Virus record (IMG/VR): IMGVR_UViG_3300046002_003930
Coordinates: 1-64,000 of that record
Direction: 5' to 3' (one strand)
From: a virus
Lineage: Duplodnaviria; Heunggongvirae; Uroviricota; Caudoviricetes
DNA length: 64,000 nt
Shown here: piece after piece, positions 27,370-35,510 of the stretch
Layout: each line of letters begins with the position of its first letter
Numbering within the stretch: the stretch's first letter is position 1
Made by a program: the position numbers and the translations under genes
Notes under the pieces: generated by a model
What the model saw: only the letters and a program-made list of their open reading frames with translations
What the model was told of the DNA's origin: nothing
The model's database searches: none

Positions 27370-27760
27370 TAGTCGTAGACGACTGATAAAGGCGTAAAAG
27401 ACGCGAGTTCGACTCTCGCCGCCTCCACCATAAGTCCATCCTAGAGCAGTTCGCGACCTTGCAGGGACAAGATAGCTCGAAAAGATGAAGTCCTGGCTCC
27501 TGCAAGAGTCGAAGCATATCTCCCTGTGGTAAGGGACGGATTCGTTTGGGGCGACGTTCGCTGGCATGGGCCGGTGTAGTGTAAGTATCTGGGTGGCTTT
27601 ATGATGGGGGCGACATGGCATTCGATTTTACGAGAAATAAACAGTAAGAGACTAGTGACTGGCAAAGTGCCATTTTAAATGCAAACGATAATGTTGCGTT
27701 TGAAGATTTCCGCGTAGCGGCTTAATCTTCTTGGGTCCGCGGGTACCTCGAAACAGAAAC
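27370..27760 (+). ncRNA. ssrA: circularly permuted (two-piece-type) tmRNA (ssrA). Acceptor piece about 27370-27430 ends in T-arm/acceptor/CCA; coding piece starts GGGGGCG at 27606; tag ORF 27681-27725 encodes ANDNVAFEDFRVAA-stop
   Basis: T-arm GCGAG-TTCGACT-CTCGC then CGCCTCC-A-CCA (27403-27430). Downstream GGGGGCGACAUGGCAUUCGAUUUUACG resembles the tmRNA 5' end GGGGCUG...GGAUUCGAC. P1 pairing GGGGGCG/CGCCUCC and P2 pairing UUUUACG(27626-32)/CGUAAAA(27393-99). Tag reading frame GCA AAC GAT AAT ... GTA GCG GCT TAA. Confidence 0.7.
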
Positions 27761-27783
27761 CCGTACTTAATTTTAGAGGAAAT

Positions 27784-27936
27784 ATGAAATACTCAATCGG
27801 TTACAGAAACGCCAAAGGGCACTTAGTTTGCGAACTTTTCCCTGACTGGCCCTCGACATTCAAGCGTCTTGAAGGGCTTGATCATTTAAGTAAGACGGTC
27901 TTCGAAATCGTCCAAGGAGAAGATGAACCTATTAGC
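27784..27936 (+). CDS. hypothetical small protein
   Basis: RBS AGAGGAAAT then ATG; 50 aa; stop overlaps start of the spanin gene. Confidence 0.4.
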
Positions 27937-28462
27937 TAAAGCAGCTGAATTTAGAACTCAACTTATTATCGGCGGCATAGCTTTAACAGCTGTTGCCGTC
28001 GCTTTTGCTGCGACCTATAATATAGCCTATAATAAAGGCTTGAATGTCTCTGAAGTAGAGATTGCAGAATATCAAGGCAAAGTTGAAAAACTCAGTAATA
28101 GGCTTAAAGAGGCTCAAGGTCGAGTTACAACGCGTATTCAAACGCAGTATCTTGATCGTGTTGTAGAACGCGAACGCATTGTTTATCGTAATCGTGATGT
28201 AGTTGTTACTCAAGTCCCTGAGCAGTATATTTTGTCTCAAGGATGGGTAGACGCTCACGATGCTAGTGTACGTAATACTGTATTAGAACCAGAAGTTGCT
28301 GCGAACGCATTCCCATCTGGATACACAGATCGTGATGTTCTAGAAGTAATTACTCGCAATTATGGTCAAGTTTGCCTTGCAAATGCTGATCAACTAACCG
28401 CCCTGCAATCATGGGTTACAGAACAGAGGAAAGTAAATGAAGAAGCTATTGCTAATCGCTAG
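27923..28462 (+). CDS. i-spanin (Rz-like; N-terminal TM plus coiled coil)
   Basis: N-terminal TM IIGGIALTAVAVAFAA followed by coiled-coil-like periplasmic region; o-spanin gene overlaps its 3' end. Confidence 0.55.
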   Translation: MNLLAKAAEFRTQLIIGGIALTAVAVAFAATYNIAYNKGLNVSEVEIAEYQGKVEKLSNRLKEAQGRVTTRIQTQYLDRVVERERIVYRNRDVVVTQVPEQYILSQGWVDAHDASVRNTVLEPEVAANAFPSGYTDRDVLEVITRNYGQVCLANADQLTALQSWVTEQRKVNEEAIANR

Positions 28463-28583
28463 TTTGTTACTTGTATCGGCGTGCTGCCCTACAGTAATGA
28501 CTCCAGAACCACAGACTTGGCCACCGGCACCAGCCGAACTAATGCGCCCCGCGCAAACTCTAACTCCGGTGCAGCCTCAATGA
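28437..28583 (+). CDS. o-spanin (Rz1-like proline-rich lipoprotein), overlapping +1 frame
   Basis: MKKLLLIASLLLVSACC lipobox then Pro-rich PTVMTPEPQTWPPAPAELMRP; absent from ORF track (under 60 aa). Confidence 0.55.
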   Translation: MKKLLLIASLLLVSACCPTVMTPEPQTWPPAPAELMRPAQTLTPVQPQ

Positions 28584-28945
28584 GTCCTGAAACAGAATTT
28601 AAACACCTGGATAAACTTACACCACGATATGTGCGTTATGCTGGAGTTACGGAAGAAAGCGTGTATAATGCTCCAGACATTTCTGCTACACTAGCAGAAC
28701 GCGGTGGACGCTATGGTAAATTTATTCACCATTCTCAAATCTCACAGGGCATGCAAGATGTAATGCGCGATGCTCCTAATTGGGACAAACTTGATGTGGA
28801 TATGCGTCAAGCCCTTACAACTATTGTTGATAAGATCGCTCGTATTTTAAACGGCGACCCCTATTACGATGACTCCTGGCACGATATCAGTGGCTATGCT
28901 ACTTTGGTTGAACGCCGGTTGTTAGAAGAAAAAGCCCCGCAATAA
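28580..28945 (+). CDS. hypothetical protein
   Basis: Start taken at MSPETEFKHL after the o-spanin stop; ORF-track start 28481 overlaps the spanins. Confidence 0.45.
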   Translation: MSPETEFKHLDKLTPRYVRYAGVTEESVYNAPDISATLAERGGRYGKFIHHSQISQGMQDVMRDAPNWDKLDVDMRQALTTIVDKIARILNGDPYYDDSWHDISGYATLVERRLLEEKAPQ

Positions 28946-28958
28946 CGCGGGGCTTTTA
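28931..28958 (+). terminator. rho-independent terminator
   Basis: AAAGCCCCGC-AATAA-CGCGGGGCTTTT. Confidence 0.65.
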
Positions 28959-29020
28959 CGTCACCGATACTCTCTCTAGGTGGCACAGGACATTACAGTC
29001 CGAATCTCAGAGGAGAAAAC

Positions 29021-29485
29021 ATGAAACGAATATTAATTGGGTTAATCGCCCTAAGTTTAAGTAGTACCACCGCGCTTGCTGCGCCACGAATCGTTGAAGC
29101 AGTAAGCACGCCGCAGTACATACAGAATATAAGTGCTAATGTTAGGGAGACCGTGTGTCTCTCACTAAATGTATACCACGAGGCACGTGGCTCTACGCGA
29201 CAAGACCAGATTGGCGTCGCATGGGTTACTAAAAATCGAGCGGCGCGTACCGGCCGTTCATATTGCCGTACTATTTGGGAGCCAGGACAATTTTCTTGGA
29301 CCCCACGATCGGCTTCCAGCTTAATGCCTCGCGAAATGGCGGCGTGGCATAGAGCGGTTCACATCTCTAGTCAAGTAATGGCAGGCGAGATCGCGGACCC
29401 CACTGGAGGCGCACGAAACTTCAGAGCATCACGTATGGGTGGCGGTAGAGGATACCGCGTTATTGGAGCCCACGCGTACTGGTAA
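29021..29485 (+). CDS. secreted cell-wall hydrolase (SleB/Hydrolase_2 family), candidate endolysin
   Basis: Signal peptide MKRILIGLIALSLSSTTALAA; LNVYHEARGSTRQDQIGVAWVTKNRAA matches the SleB-type hydrolase motif. Confidence 0.55.
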   Translation: MKRILIGLIALSLSSTTALAAPRIVEAVSTPQYIQNISANVRETVCLSLNVYHEARGSTRQDQIGVAWVTKNRAARTGRSYCRTIWEPGQFSWTPRSASSLMPREMAAWHRAVHISSQVMAGEIADPTGGARNFRASRMGGGRGYRVIGAHAYW

Positions 29486-29527
29486 AACAATTCTTGACTA
29501 ATGAGCTTAGAAAGGCTAATATAGGAT

Positions 29528-29782
29528 ATGAAATTTTGTATAGACTGTTCTAATTACGGCATCGGTAATAAATGTGATAGGTTGAAAAAAGCCGCACCAA
29601 GTTTAGTTACTGGTAAAGTTGAGTATAAAGGTAAAAGTTTATCCTGCGAGGATGAACGTGATAGTTGGGGTGGAGGATGCGGACCTAATGCCCAATTTTT
29701 TAGGTCCAAACGCTTACTCAAGCCTCCAACTGGCGGCAGTAGTGTTTCTAAGCCTAAAAGATCGGACCCAGTCCGTATATGA
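29528..29782 (+). CDS. hypothetical Cys-containing protein
   Basis: 84-aa ORF. Confidence 0.4.
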   Translation: MKFCIDCSNYGIGNKCDRLKKAAPSLVTGKVEYKGKSLSCEDERDSWGGGCGPNAQFFRSKRLLKPPTGGSSVSKPKRSDPVRI

Positions 29783-30333
29783 ACCTTTTTATTCTAGACT
29801 ATGACCTTGACAAGAACGCAGAATATCATATCGACAAACACGTAACCAAAATGCAGCTTGAAGCTGCTCAAATGCTGGCTACAACTGTGTGGGTTGATAA
29901 ACTACTAGGCTATGTACCTAGGAAGCTGGATAGTGAGGAACTAAGTGTAATTAAAGCCGAAATGGCCGCACTCCCTGCTATTGATGAGAGACAGTTTCTT
30001 AGGTACAAGGCCGCACATATTAACCATCCATGTACTATCTGGATGCGAGAAAGTTATGACAATTTTGAGTGGGCGCAGATTTACGTCAACTCTCTTAACG
30101 AAGAAGCACAGTACCGCGGGTATAAACCACACGCGAGTTGCGCCGAAGTCAACAAAATGCCACTCCCAACTCGTTTGCCGCGTAAAGGCCTGACCGAGTT
30201 TGCGCAGGCAATGCCAGAAGATTACAAACAGAAAGACCCAGTAGAAGCCTATAGGCTATACTATCAAATGGATAAATCAGAAATTGCATCTTGGAAGATT
30301 CGTGGCGTGCCAGAGTGGTGGGAAAATGTTTAA
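29779..30333 (+). CDS. hypothetical protein
   Basis: 184-aa ORF. Confidence 0.5.
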   Translation: MNLFILDYDLDKNAEYHIDKHVTKMQLEAAQMLATTVWVDKLLGYVPRKLDSEELSVIKAEMAALPAIDERQFLRYKAAHINHPCTIWMRESYDNFEWAQIYVNSLNEEAQYRGYKPHASCAEVNKMPLPTRLPRKGLTEFAQAMPEDYKQKDPVEAYRLYYQMDKSEIASWKIRGVPEWWENV

Positions 30334-30466
30334 TCCTTGGAAATTAGAATTAGAGAATAGGCAGCTTAGAGAAGCTTTAGTCTATTATATGAACAGAAAC
30401 GAATCATTAGAAAGGCGTATTTCAGCAATGAATAAGCGCGTAAAGGAGGCACTTCGTGCACGCTAA
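30326..30466 (+). CDS. hypothetical small coiled-coil protein
   Basis: Internal start MFNPWKLELEN of ORF 30284-30466. Confidence 0.3.
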   Translation: MFNPWKLELENRQLREALVYYMNRNESLERRISAMNKRVKEALRAR

Positions 30467-31118
30467 AGTAGTTGCTATATCGTACCCGCTCAATATTGAG
30501 GGAGTTACAACCGCAGAAGAGTTTATTGCTTACGCCGCCAGGGTGAGCAATCCTACCGGACAAGTAAACAATCTAACAGCAGATAAACTGATTCGTTATT
30601 TGATTGTTAACAAACATTGGTCGCCGCTAGAAATGGTTTCGGTGACTATGGAGATTGAAACGACACGCGATATTGGGCGGCAGATTTTGCGCCACGCGTC
30701 GTTCCGATTCCAAGAGTTTAGTCAGCGCTATGCCTCTGTCGAGGTAATTGACGAGAATTATCCAGTGCTTAGACAAGCACGTATTCAAGATACTAAAAAT
30801 CGCCAGAATAGCTTTGAAACTCGTGATGAGTTTGTCATAAGTGACTGGGAGCGTATGCAAGTTAATTTAGCAGATCATGCTATGGAAATGTACAAGCAAG
30901 CTTTAGCGATGGGAATTGCTAAAGAACAAGCTCGTGCAGTTCTACCTGAAGGCTTAACACCTACACGAATGTACATGGCTGGAACGCTGCGAAGCTGGAT
31001 TCACTATTGTGATCTGCGATGCTCAAATGGCACACAAGCAGAGCACATGGAAGTTGCACATGAAGTACGCAAGCAGCTAGAACAATACTTCCCTAACGTG
31101 GTTAAAGCATGTACGTGA
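30456..31118 (+). CDS. thyX: flavin-dependent thymidylate synthase ThyX
   Basis: EEFIAYAARVSNP N-terminal region and LRHASFRFQEFSQRY (ThyX RHR...S motif region); 220 aa. Confidence 0.6.
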   Translation: MHAKVVAISYPLNIEGVTTAEEFIAYAARVSNPTGQVNNLTADKLIRYLIVNKHWSPLEMVSVTMEIETTRDIGRQILRHASFRFQEFSQRYASVEVIDENYPVLRQARIQDTKNRQNSFETRDEFVISDWERMQVNLADHAMEMYKQALAMGIAKEQARAVLPEGLTPTRMYMAGTLRSWIHYCDLRCSNGTQAEHMEVAHEVRKQLEQYFPNVVKACT

Positions 31119-31396
31119 TTCATAAGTTTAAAGTCCCAAAAATTGGAGAGCCTTTTACTCTAGAGAACGTAGATAAAGTTGTACGTTTCGGTATACAAGG
31201 TTCGGAGTATTTTGTATGGGGCGTAGTCTATAAAAATTCCGTCCCTGGAAAATCCCGTCGCTACGTAGTGATTGGTACAGGTCAGGAGTATGATTACAAC
31301 TGGGAGCATCAGTATACAATCATTACACATAGCGGACTTGTATGGCATCTTTTAAAGGAACGTAAAGTTTCGGAACATTTGTTCCCCCTCTTTTAA
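31109..31396 (+). CDS. hypothetical protein
   Basis: 95-aa ORF. Confidence 0.45.
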   Translation: MYVIHKFKVPKIGEPFTLENVDKVVRFGIQGSEYFVWGVVYKNSVPGKSRRYVVIGTGQEYDYNWEHQYTIITHSGLVWHLLKERKVSEHLFPLF

Positions 31397-31458
31397 AAAT
31401 AATTCTTGACTTTTATCCTGAAACTGTTTAGAATGTATATTCAAACATGGAGATATAA

Positions 31459-32142
31459 GTGGCACTTGCTAAGCGAGTCAAAGTCAAAGTTGGCGAAAAG
31501 CTAACAAACGATAATATTGAGCGAGTTATTAAACTCCTTAATCAGCCGAAGCCAATTACGAAAAAAGAAGCCTGTGAGGTTCTCAATATTTCGTACAATA
31601 CTGGGCGTCTGGCCACTATTATCGAAAACTATCAAGCCCGTCAAGAGGCTGATTCAAAGCGTAGGGCTGCCAATAGAGGTAAGCCTGCATCGCCTGAAGA
31701 GATCAAAAGCGTGATCAATGGTTATCTCACTGGAGATACTGTTTCCGATCTTGCTAATGAACTATACAGGTCAACAACGTTCGTACGGAACATTATTGAA
31801 ACTGTGGGAGTTCCACAGCGCGGCGTAGGTGAGGATTACTTCAATTTCTCGCCCCTACCAGAACAATGTATTTCTGATTCTTTTGAACTAAACGAGATTG
31901 CTTGGTCCGCAAGGCACCAAGGCCCTTGTATTATTGATAAAGCTTTAGGAAAAACCAAAGACGGTCTAGCGAATCTATATCGTGTTTACGTTATCGAACC
32001 TTTCGAAGCCCCGGATAAGCTCTACGTTAGATCGTGGGGAACTCCTGGGCATTATGACACTCAACCAGCATTTGAGCTGGGTAGACTGGAGCACCTGCGC
32101 GAGTATGGTGTGAACGTAGAAAGGAATTTTAATGCCACTTAA
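31459..32142 (+). CDS. hypothetical protein
   Basis: Promoter TTCTTGACTTTTATCCTGAAACTGTTTAGAATG upstream; 227 aa. Confidence 0.5.
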   Translation: MALAKRVKVKVGEKLTNDNIERVIKLLNQPKPITKKEACEVLNISYNTGRLATIIENYQARQEADSKRRAANRGKPASPEEIKSVINGYLTGDTVSDLANELYRSTTFVRNIIETVGVPQRGVGEDYFNFSPLPEQCISDSFELNEIAWSARHQGPCIIDKALGKTKDGLANLYRVYVIEPFEAPDKLYVRSWGTPGHYDTQPAFELGRLEHLREYGVNVERNFNAT

Positions 32143-32503
32143 GCACAAGCACGTCATTGTAAAAGCAGACGTAAACAATCCCCCTTTTGAAACAGGCCCG
32201 GTCGAAGAATGGCTAAGACAGCTAATCTCCGACTTGGGCATGAATATTCTTAGAGGCCCGTACGCAGATTATTGCGAACTGGAAGATAACGAAGGGATGA
32301 CAGCAATGTGCATTCTTAGCACCTCACACTGTGTTCTGCACACGTGGGATAAATGCGAACAGCCGTTTATTCAGTTTGATTTGTATACGTGCTCCGAACT
32401 AGACCTTAGCCTAATCTGGAAAGCCTTGGAGTTCTTCGACGCTTTCAACATTGAGTATAAGTTTCTTGATCGCGAACATGGGTTAGTAGAAATTACTTCT
32501 TGA
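32132..32503 (+). CDS. hypothetical protein
   Basis: 123-aa ORF; stop inside the next promoter -35. Confidence 0.45.
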   Translation: MPLKHKHVIVKADVNNPPFETGPVEEWLRQLISDLGMNILRGPYADYCELEDNEGMTAMCILSTSHCVLHTWDKCEQPFIQFDLYTCSELDLSLIWKALEFFDAFNIEYKFLDREHGLVEITS

Positions 32504-32595
32504 CTTTGTAGCCTATCCGGGCTATAATGTTTAAATAGTGAGACGAGCGTGTACCGCCTTGCGAGAAGATCGCTCGTCTCACTTACAAGTTTTAT

Positions 32596-32670
32596 GCCCA
32601 AATAGCTCAGCGGAAGAGCGCCTCCTTTACACGGAGGATGTCGGGGGTTCGATCCCCTCTTTGGGTACCA
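32596..32670 (+). tRNA. tRNA-Val (anticodon TAC), CCA encoded
   Basis: Acceptor GCCCAAA/TTTGGGT, D-arm GCTCAGCGGAAGAGC, anticodon loop TTTACAC, T-arm GGGGG-TTCGATC-CCCTC; preceded by promoter 32500-32530 and a 12-bp hairpin. Confidence 0.75.
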
Positions 32671-32674
32671 TTTT

Positions 32675-32749
32675 AGTCCTGTAGCTCAACGGAAGAGCGC
32701 CACATTGACATTGTGGAGGTCGCCGGTTCGACACCTGCCAGGACTACCA
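32675..32749 (+). tRNA. tRNA-Val (anticodon GAC)
   Basis: Acceptor AGTCCTG/CAGGACT, anticodon stem CCACA/TGTGG loop TTGACAT, CCA encoded. Confidence 0.65.
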
Positions 32750-32750
32750 T

Positions 32751-32824
32751 GCTTCCTTAGCTAAGTGGTATAGCAGGCGACTGATAATCGCCAGTCACAA
32801 GTTCGATTCTTGTAGGAAGTACCA
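32751..32824 (+). tRNA. tRNA-Ile (anticodon GAT)
   Basis: Acceptor GCTTCCT/AGGAAGT, anticodon stem GGCGA/TCGCC loop CTGATAA, T-arm ACAAG-TTCGATT-CTTGT. Confidence 0.75.
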
Positions 32825-32961
32825 ATAATTCGCCCGTAGTGCATGCAACTACCGGCTAAGAACACGGATGACCTCTTCGGCAGACGAGGGGTAGTGCAAG
32901 TGGGCGGTCGCCCCGCACTTCTATTTCGGGGTAAAAGTCCTCATAGTCTGTCGACAATTTT

Positions 32962-33046
32962 TGCAGGATAGCCTAATGGTAAGGCAACGGTTTTTGGTGC
33001 CGTCAGCGAAAGCTAACTCTAGGTTCGAGTCCTAGTCCTGCATCCA
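32962..33046 (+). tRNA. tRNA with long variable arm, anticodon loop TTTTGGT (TTG, Gln-like but class-II shape)
   Basis: Acceptor TGCAGGA/TCCTGCA, T-arm CTAGG-TTCGAGT-CCTAG, CCA encoded; identity uncertain. Confidence 0.5.
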
Positions 33047-33047
33047 C

Positions 33048-33135
33048 GGAAGGTAGCGCTCAGGTGAGCAAACTGGTCTTGAAAACCAGGCCAAGGTGAT
33101 GAGTCTTGAGGTTTCGATTACTTTACCTTCCTCCA
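33048..33135 (+). tRNA. tRNA-Ser (anticodon TGA), class II
   Basis: Acceptor GGAAGGT/ACCTTCC, anticodon stem CTGGT/ACCAG loop CTTGAAA, long variable arm, CCA encoded. Confidence 0.65.
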
Positions 33136-33139
33136 TTTC

Positions 33140-33211
33140 CGTTAGTGCGCTGGGACGCAGCTGAGGCTCATATCTTCGGCGTGGGTGGTTCAATTCCACC
33201 ACTAACGACCA
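33140..33211 (+). tRNA. tRNA-Met or Ile2 (anticodon CAT)
   Basis: Acceptor CGTTAGT/ACTAACG, loop CTCATAT, T-arm GGTGG-TTCAATT-CCACC, CCA encoded. Confidence 0.6.
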
Positions 33212-33275
33212 TCTTAAAAAGTTCTTGACTTTTTGCCTCAAACATCGTATTCTATACTTATAGAAGGAGATTAAA

Positions 33276-33719
33276 ATGCAAAAAGGCCAAATGATTGGTA
33301 AAATGATTGTTCTTGCTACGAACGCCCACGCGGGGCAGTTCGACAAAGGCGGTCGTCCCTATATTCTACACCCTCTGTCGGTAATGCACATTCTGAACTC
33401 CGATGACGAAGAGTTGCAGTGCATGGCAGTTGGGCACGACATTCTAGAAGACACTGATACTACTATCGAGCAGCTTGTTGAAGCTGGCATGACAAAGCGT
33501 GTCATCGAAGGTATTCTGGCAGTCACTAAAATGCCGGGCGAATCTAAAGACACATACAAAGCTAAGGTTATGGCAAGTCAAGACGCGATGCGCGTCAAAA
33601 AGGCCGATCTTAAGCACAACAGCGACTTTAGTCGTCTGAAGGGTGTGAAAGAAAAAGACTTCGCTAGAATGGCCGCCTATATGCTGTTCTATCAAGAGAT
33701 TGAAGATCGCTTAAATTAA
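33276..33719 (+). CDS. HD-domain (p)ppGpp hydrolase (SpoT/Mesh1-like small alarmone hydrolase)
   Basis: Promoter 33225-33253; NAHAGQFDKGGRPYILHP and AVGHDILEDT match the Rel/SpoT HD hydrolase motifs. Confidence 0.6.
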   Translation: MQKGQMIGKMIVLATNAHAGQFDKGGRPYILHPLSVMHILNSDDEELQCMAVGHDILEDTDTTIEQLVEAGMTKRVIEGILAVTKMPGESKDTYKAKVMASQDAMRVKKADLKHNSDFSRLKGVKEKDFARMAAYMLFYQEIEDRLN

Positions 33720-33757
33720 TCCTTGACTTTTATCTCATTTCAGAGTATTATATAAAA

Positions 33758-33958
33758 ATGAAAGATTCTCTGGAAAGACTGTATCAAGACCGAGACGAGG
33801 CAGAACAACTTGTGTTCGATCTCGAAGAAGAAATCCGTAACCACGAAGAAGAGTCCGATGAATGGTGCTCTCTCTTCCATGAGTTGACGGAAGCAGAAAA
33901 CAACGTAAGCTACATTCAGGCATGGATTACCAGCCATGAAGGTGGCTACGAAGAATAA
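33758..33958 (+). CDS. hypothetical acidic protein
   Basis: Promoter CCTTGACTTTTATCTCATTTCAGAGTATTATATAAAA upstream. Confidence 0.45.
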   Translation: MKDSLERLYQDRDEAEQLVFDLEEEIRNHEEESDEWCSLFHELTEAENNVSYIQAWITSHEGGYEE

Positions 33959-33959
33959 T

Positions 33960-34036
33960 ACGCCACTAGCACAATTGGTAGTTGCGGGGGACTCTTAATC
34001 CCTAGGTTCCGAGTTCGACCCTCGGGTGGCGTACCA
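33960..34036 (+). tRNA. tRNA-Lys (anticodon CTT)
   Basis: Acceptor ACGCCAC/GTGGCGT, anticodon stem GGGGA/TCCCT loop CTCTTAA, T-arm CCGAG-TTCGACC-CTCGG, CCA encoded. Confidence 0.65.
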
Positions 34037-34038
34037 TT

Positions 34039-34656
34039 ATGATTGGCAATTTATATTTAATATCTAACTCTATAAATAATAAAGTTTACGTAGGTAAAAC
34101 TTACGAAGCTTTAGACAAACGATTTTCAGAGCACAAGAGAGAAAGTAAAAAACAGTTAACTAGACCCTTATACAAAGCTATGAATAAGCATGGTGCTGAT
34201 AATTTTAATATAGAATTAATAGGTACATTTATTCAGGGCGAATTAGAAGAATATGAGCAGGTCGCTATTGCGGAGTTTGATTCTTTTACTAACGGTTATA
34301 ATGCTACACTGGGTGGTGATGGAAAACGTTATCTAACTATTACAGATGCAGAAATTATAAATACTTATACTGTATTGAAAAACGCAGATGCTACTGCTAA
34401 GAAGTTAAAGATTAGTGAAGATTCGGTATTTAAGGTTTTAAAAGCCAATAATATTAAATCTCTATTTACTAATCCAGGAATATCTGTATTCTTTGTGGAA
34501 GAAAACACACGATTTGATAGAATATCAGATTGTGCTAGATATTTAATAGAAAATAACTATACTAATATAAGTTCAATCCCATCATTAGTTTATTCGATTA
34601 AACGGGTTATGGATAAACAAAGAAAAGCATACAAAAAGCTTCATTTTACCTATTAA
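34039..34656 (+). CDS. GIY-YIG homing endonuclease
   Basis: N-terminal NLYLISNS...KVYVGKT (GIY...YIG) followed by RFSEHK; inserted between two tRNA genes. Confidence 0.75.
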   Translation: MIGNLYLISNSINNKVYVGKTYEALDKRFSEHKRESKKQLTRPLYKAMNKHGADNFNIELIGTFIQGELEEYEQVAIAEFDSFTNGYNATLGGDGKRYLTITDAEIINTYTVLKNADATAKKLKISEDSVFKVLKANNIKSLFTNPGISVFFVEENTRFDRISDCARYLIENNYTNISSIPSLVYSIKRVMDKQRKAYKKLHFTY

Positions 34657-34665
34657 ATACATTAT

Positions 34666-34750
34666 CGACGCGTTGGACAATTGGTGGTCCAGTGGGCTTT
34701 TAATCCACCTCCGTAAGGACTTGTCGGTTCGAACCCGACCGCGTTGACCA
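34666..34750 (+). tRNA. tRNA-Lys (anticodon TTT) with unusually long variable region
   Basis: Acceptor CGACGCG/CGCGTTG, D-arm GGAC-AATTGGTG-GTCC, loop CTTTTAA, T-arm GTCGG-TTCGAAC-CCGAC, CCA encoded. Confidence 0.6.
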
Positions 34751-34791
34751 AACTAACGTGCCTAAATTAACATTAACAGCAGAAAAGCAAA

Positions 34792-35361
34792 ATGAACACC
34801 TCTAAACTTACCAACTTGATGTTTCAAAACATCAACAATGTTTCCTATGACCTGGCTACAGGTGCTACAGCAATTAAAACCGATTCCGGTCTAATTTCGC
34901 TGAGCAAAGATCACAATAGTCTGGAACAAAACCCTTTTGATTCCTTCGCTATGGAAATCCCTGCGTTTGCCATTCTGACCCCTATTAAAGATATTGCGGT
35001 AGGTGATCTAATCGTCTCTAACGGAAAGGCCGTCGGTTTCGTAGTTCTCGCTGAGGGCGATGATCTAGAAGTTCTTTCGGTTGATGGAAACCTTAACAGC
35101 CACCGTCCTCGTACTATTCAGTTCCTTGGACAAGCTGCTGGTGTGCAAGTTGTTAAGTCTCTGCTAAGCTTTGGCAATAACAGCGAAGGTCCAAACGGTC
35201 TTTTCAGCAACCCTCTCATGCTTATGATGATGATGGGCGATGGTAAAAAAGACCTGAGCAAAATGCTCCCTTTTCTACTCATGGGGAACTCCGGCGCGAG
35301 CTCGGGTATGAACCCCTTGATGCTTATGGCTATGATGGGCGATAAAAGCCCTTTTGCCTAA
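34792..35361 (+). CDS. hypothetical protein with Met-rich C-terminal repeats (NPLMLMMMMGDGK / NPLMLMAMMGDK)
   Basis: 189-aa ORF; RBS-like AAAAGCAAA then ATG. Confidence 0.5.
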   Translation: MNTSKLTNLMFQNINNVSYDLATGATAIKTDSGLISLSKDHNSLEQNPFDSFAMEIPAFAILTPIKDIAVGDLIVSNGKAVGFVVLAEGDDLEVLSVDGNLNSHRPRTIQFLGQAAGVQVVKSLLSFGNNSEGPNGLFSNPLMLMMMMGDGKKDLSKMLPFLLMGNSGASSGMNPLMLMAMMGDKSPFA

Positions 35362-35510
35362 CTGAGAGCGGGCCTAACGAACCCGCTCCAAGTGTTCTCC
35401 TCGGAGGCACAGCAGATACCCTAGATAAAAATCGTATTAGATCAACTGGACCCAGCTTCTCGTCGTGGGGTGGGTATTTAGGTGACCGTTCGATTTATCG
35501 CATCAAAGGT

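Noticed and set aside
27431-27605. Second tmRNA 5'-like copy (TTGGGGCGACGTTCGCTGGCATGGG at 27547) as the true start of the coding piece
   Set aside because: Its GGGGCGA cannot pair as well with CGCCTCC and lacks the AUUCGA D-analog spacing; kept as an observation about the intervening segment, not annotated
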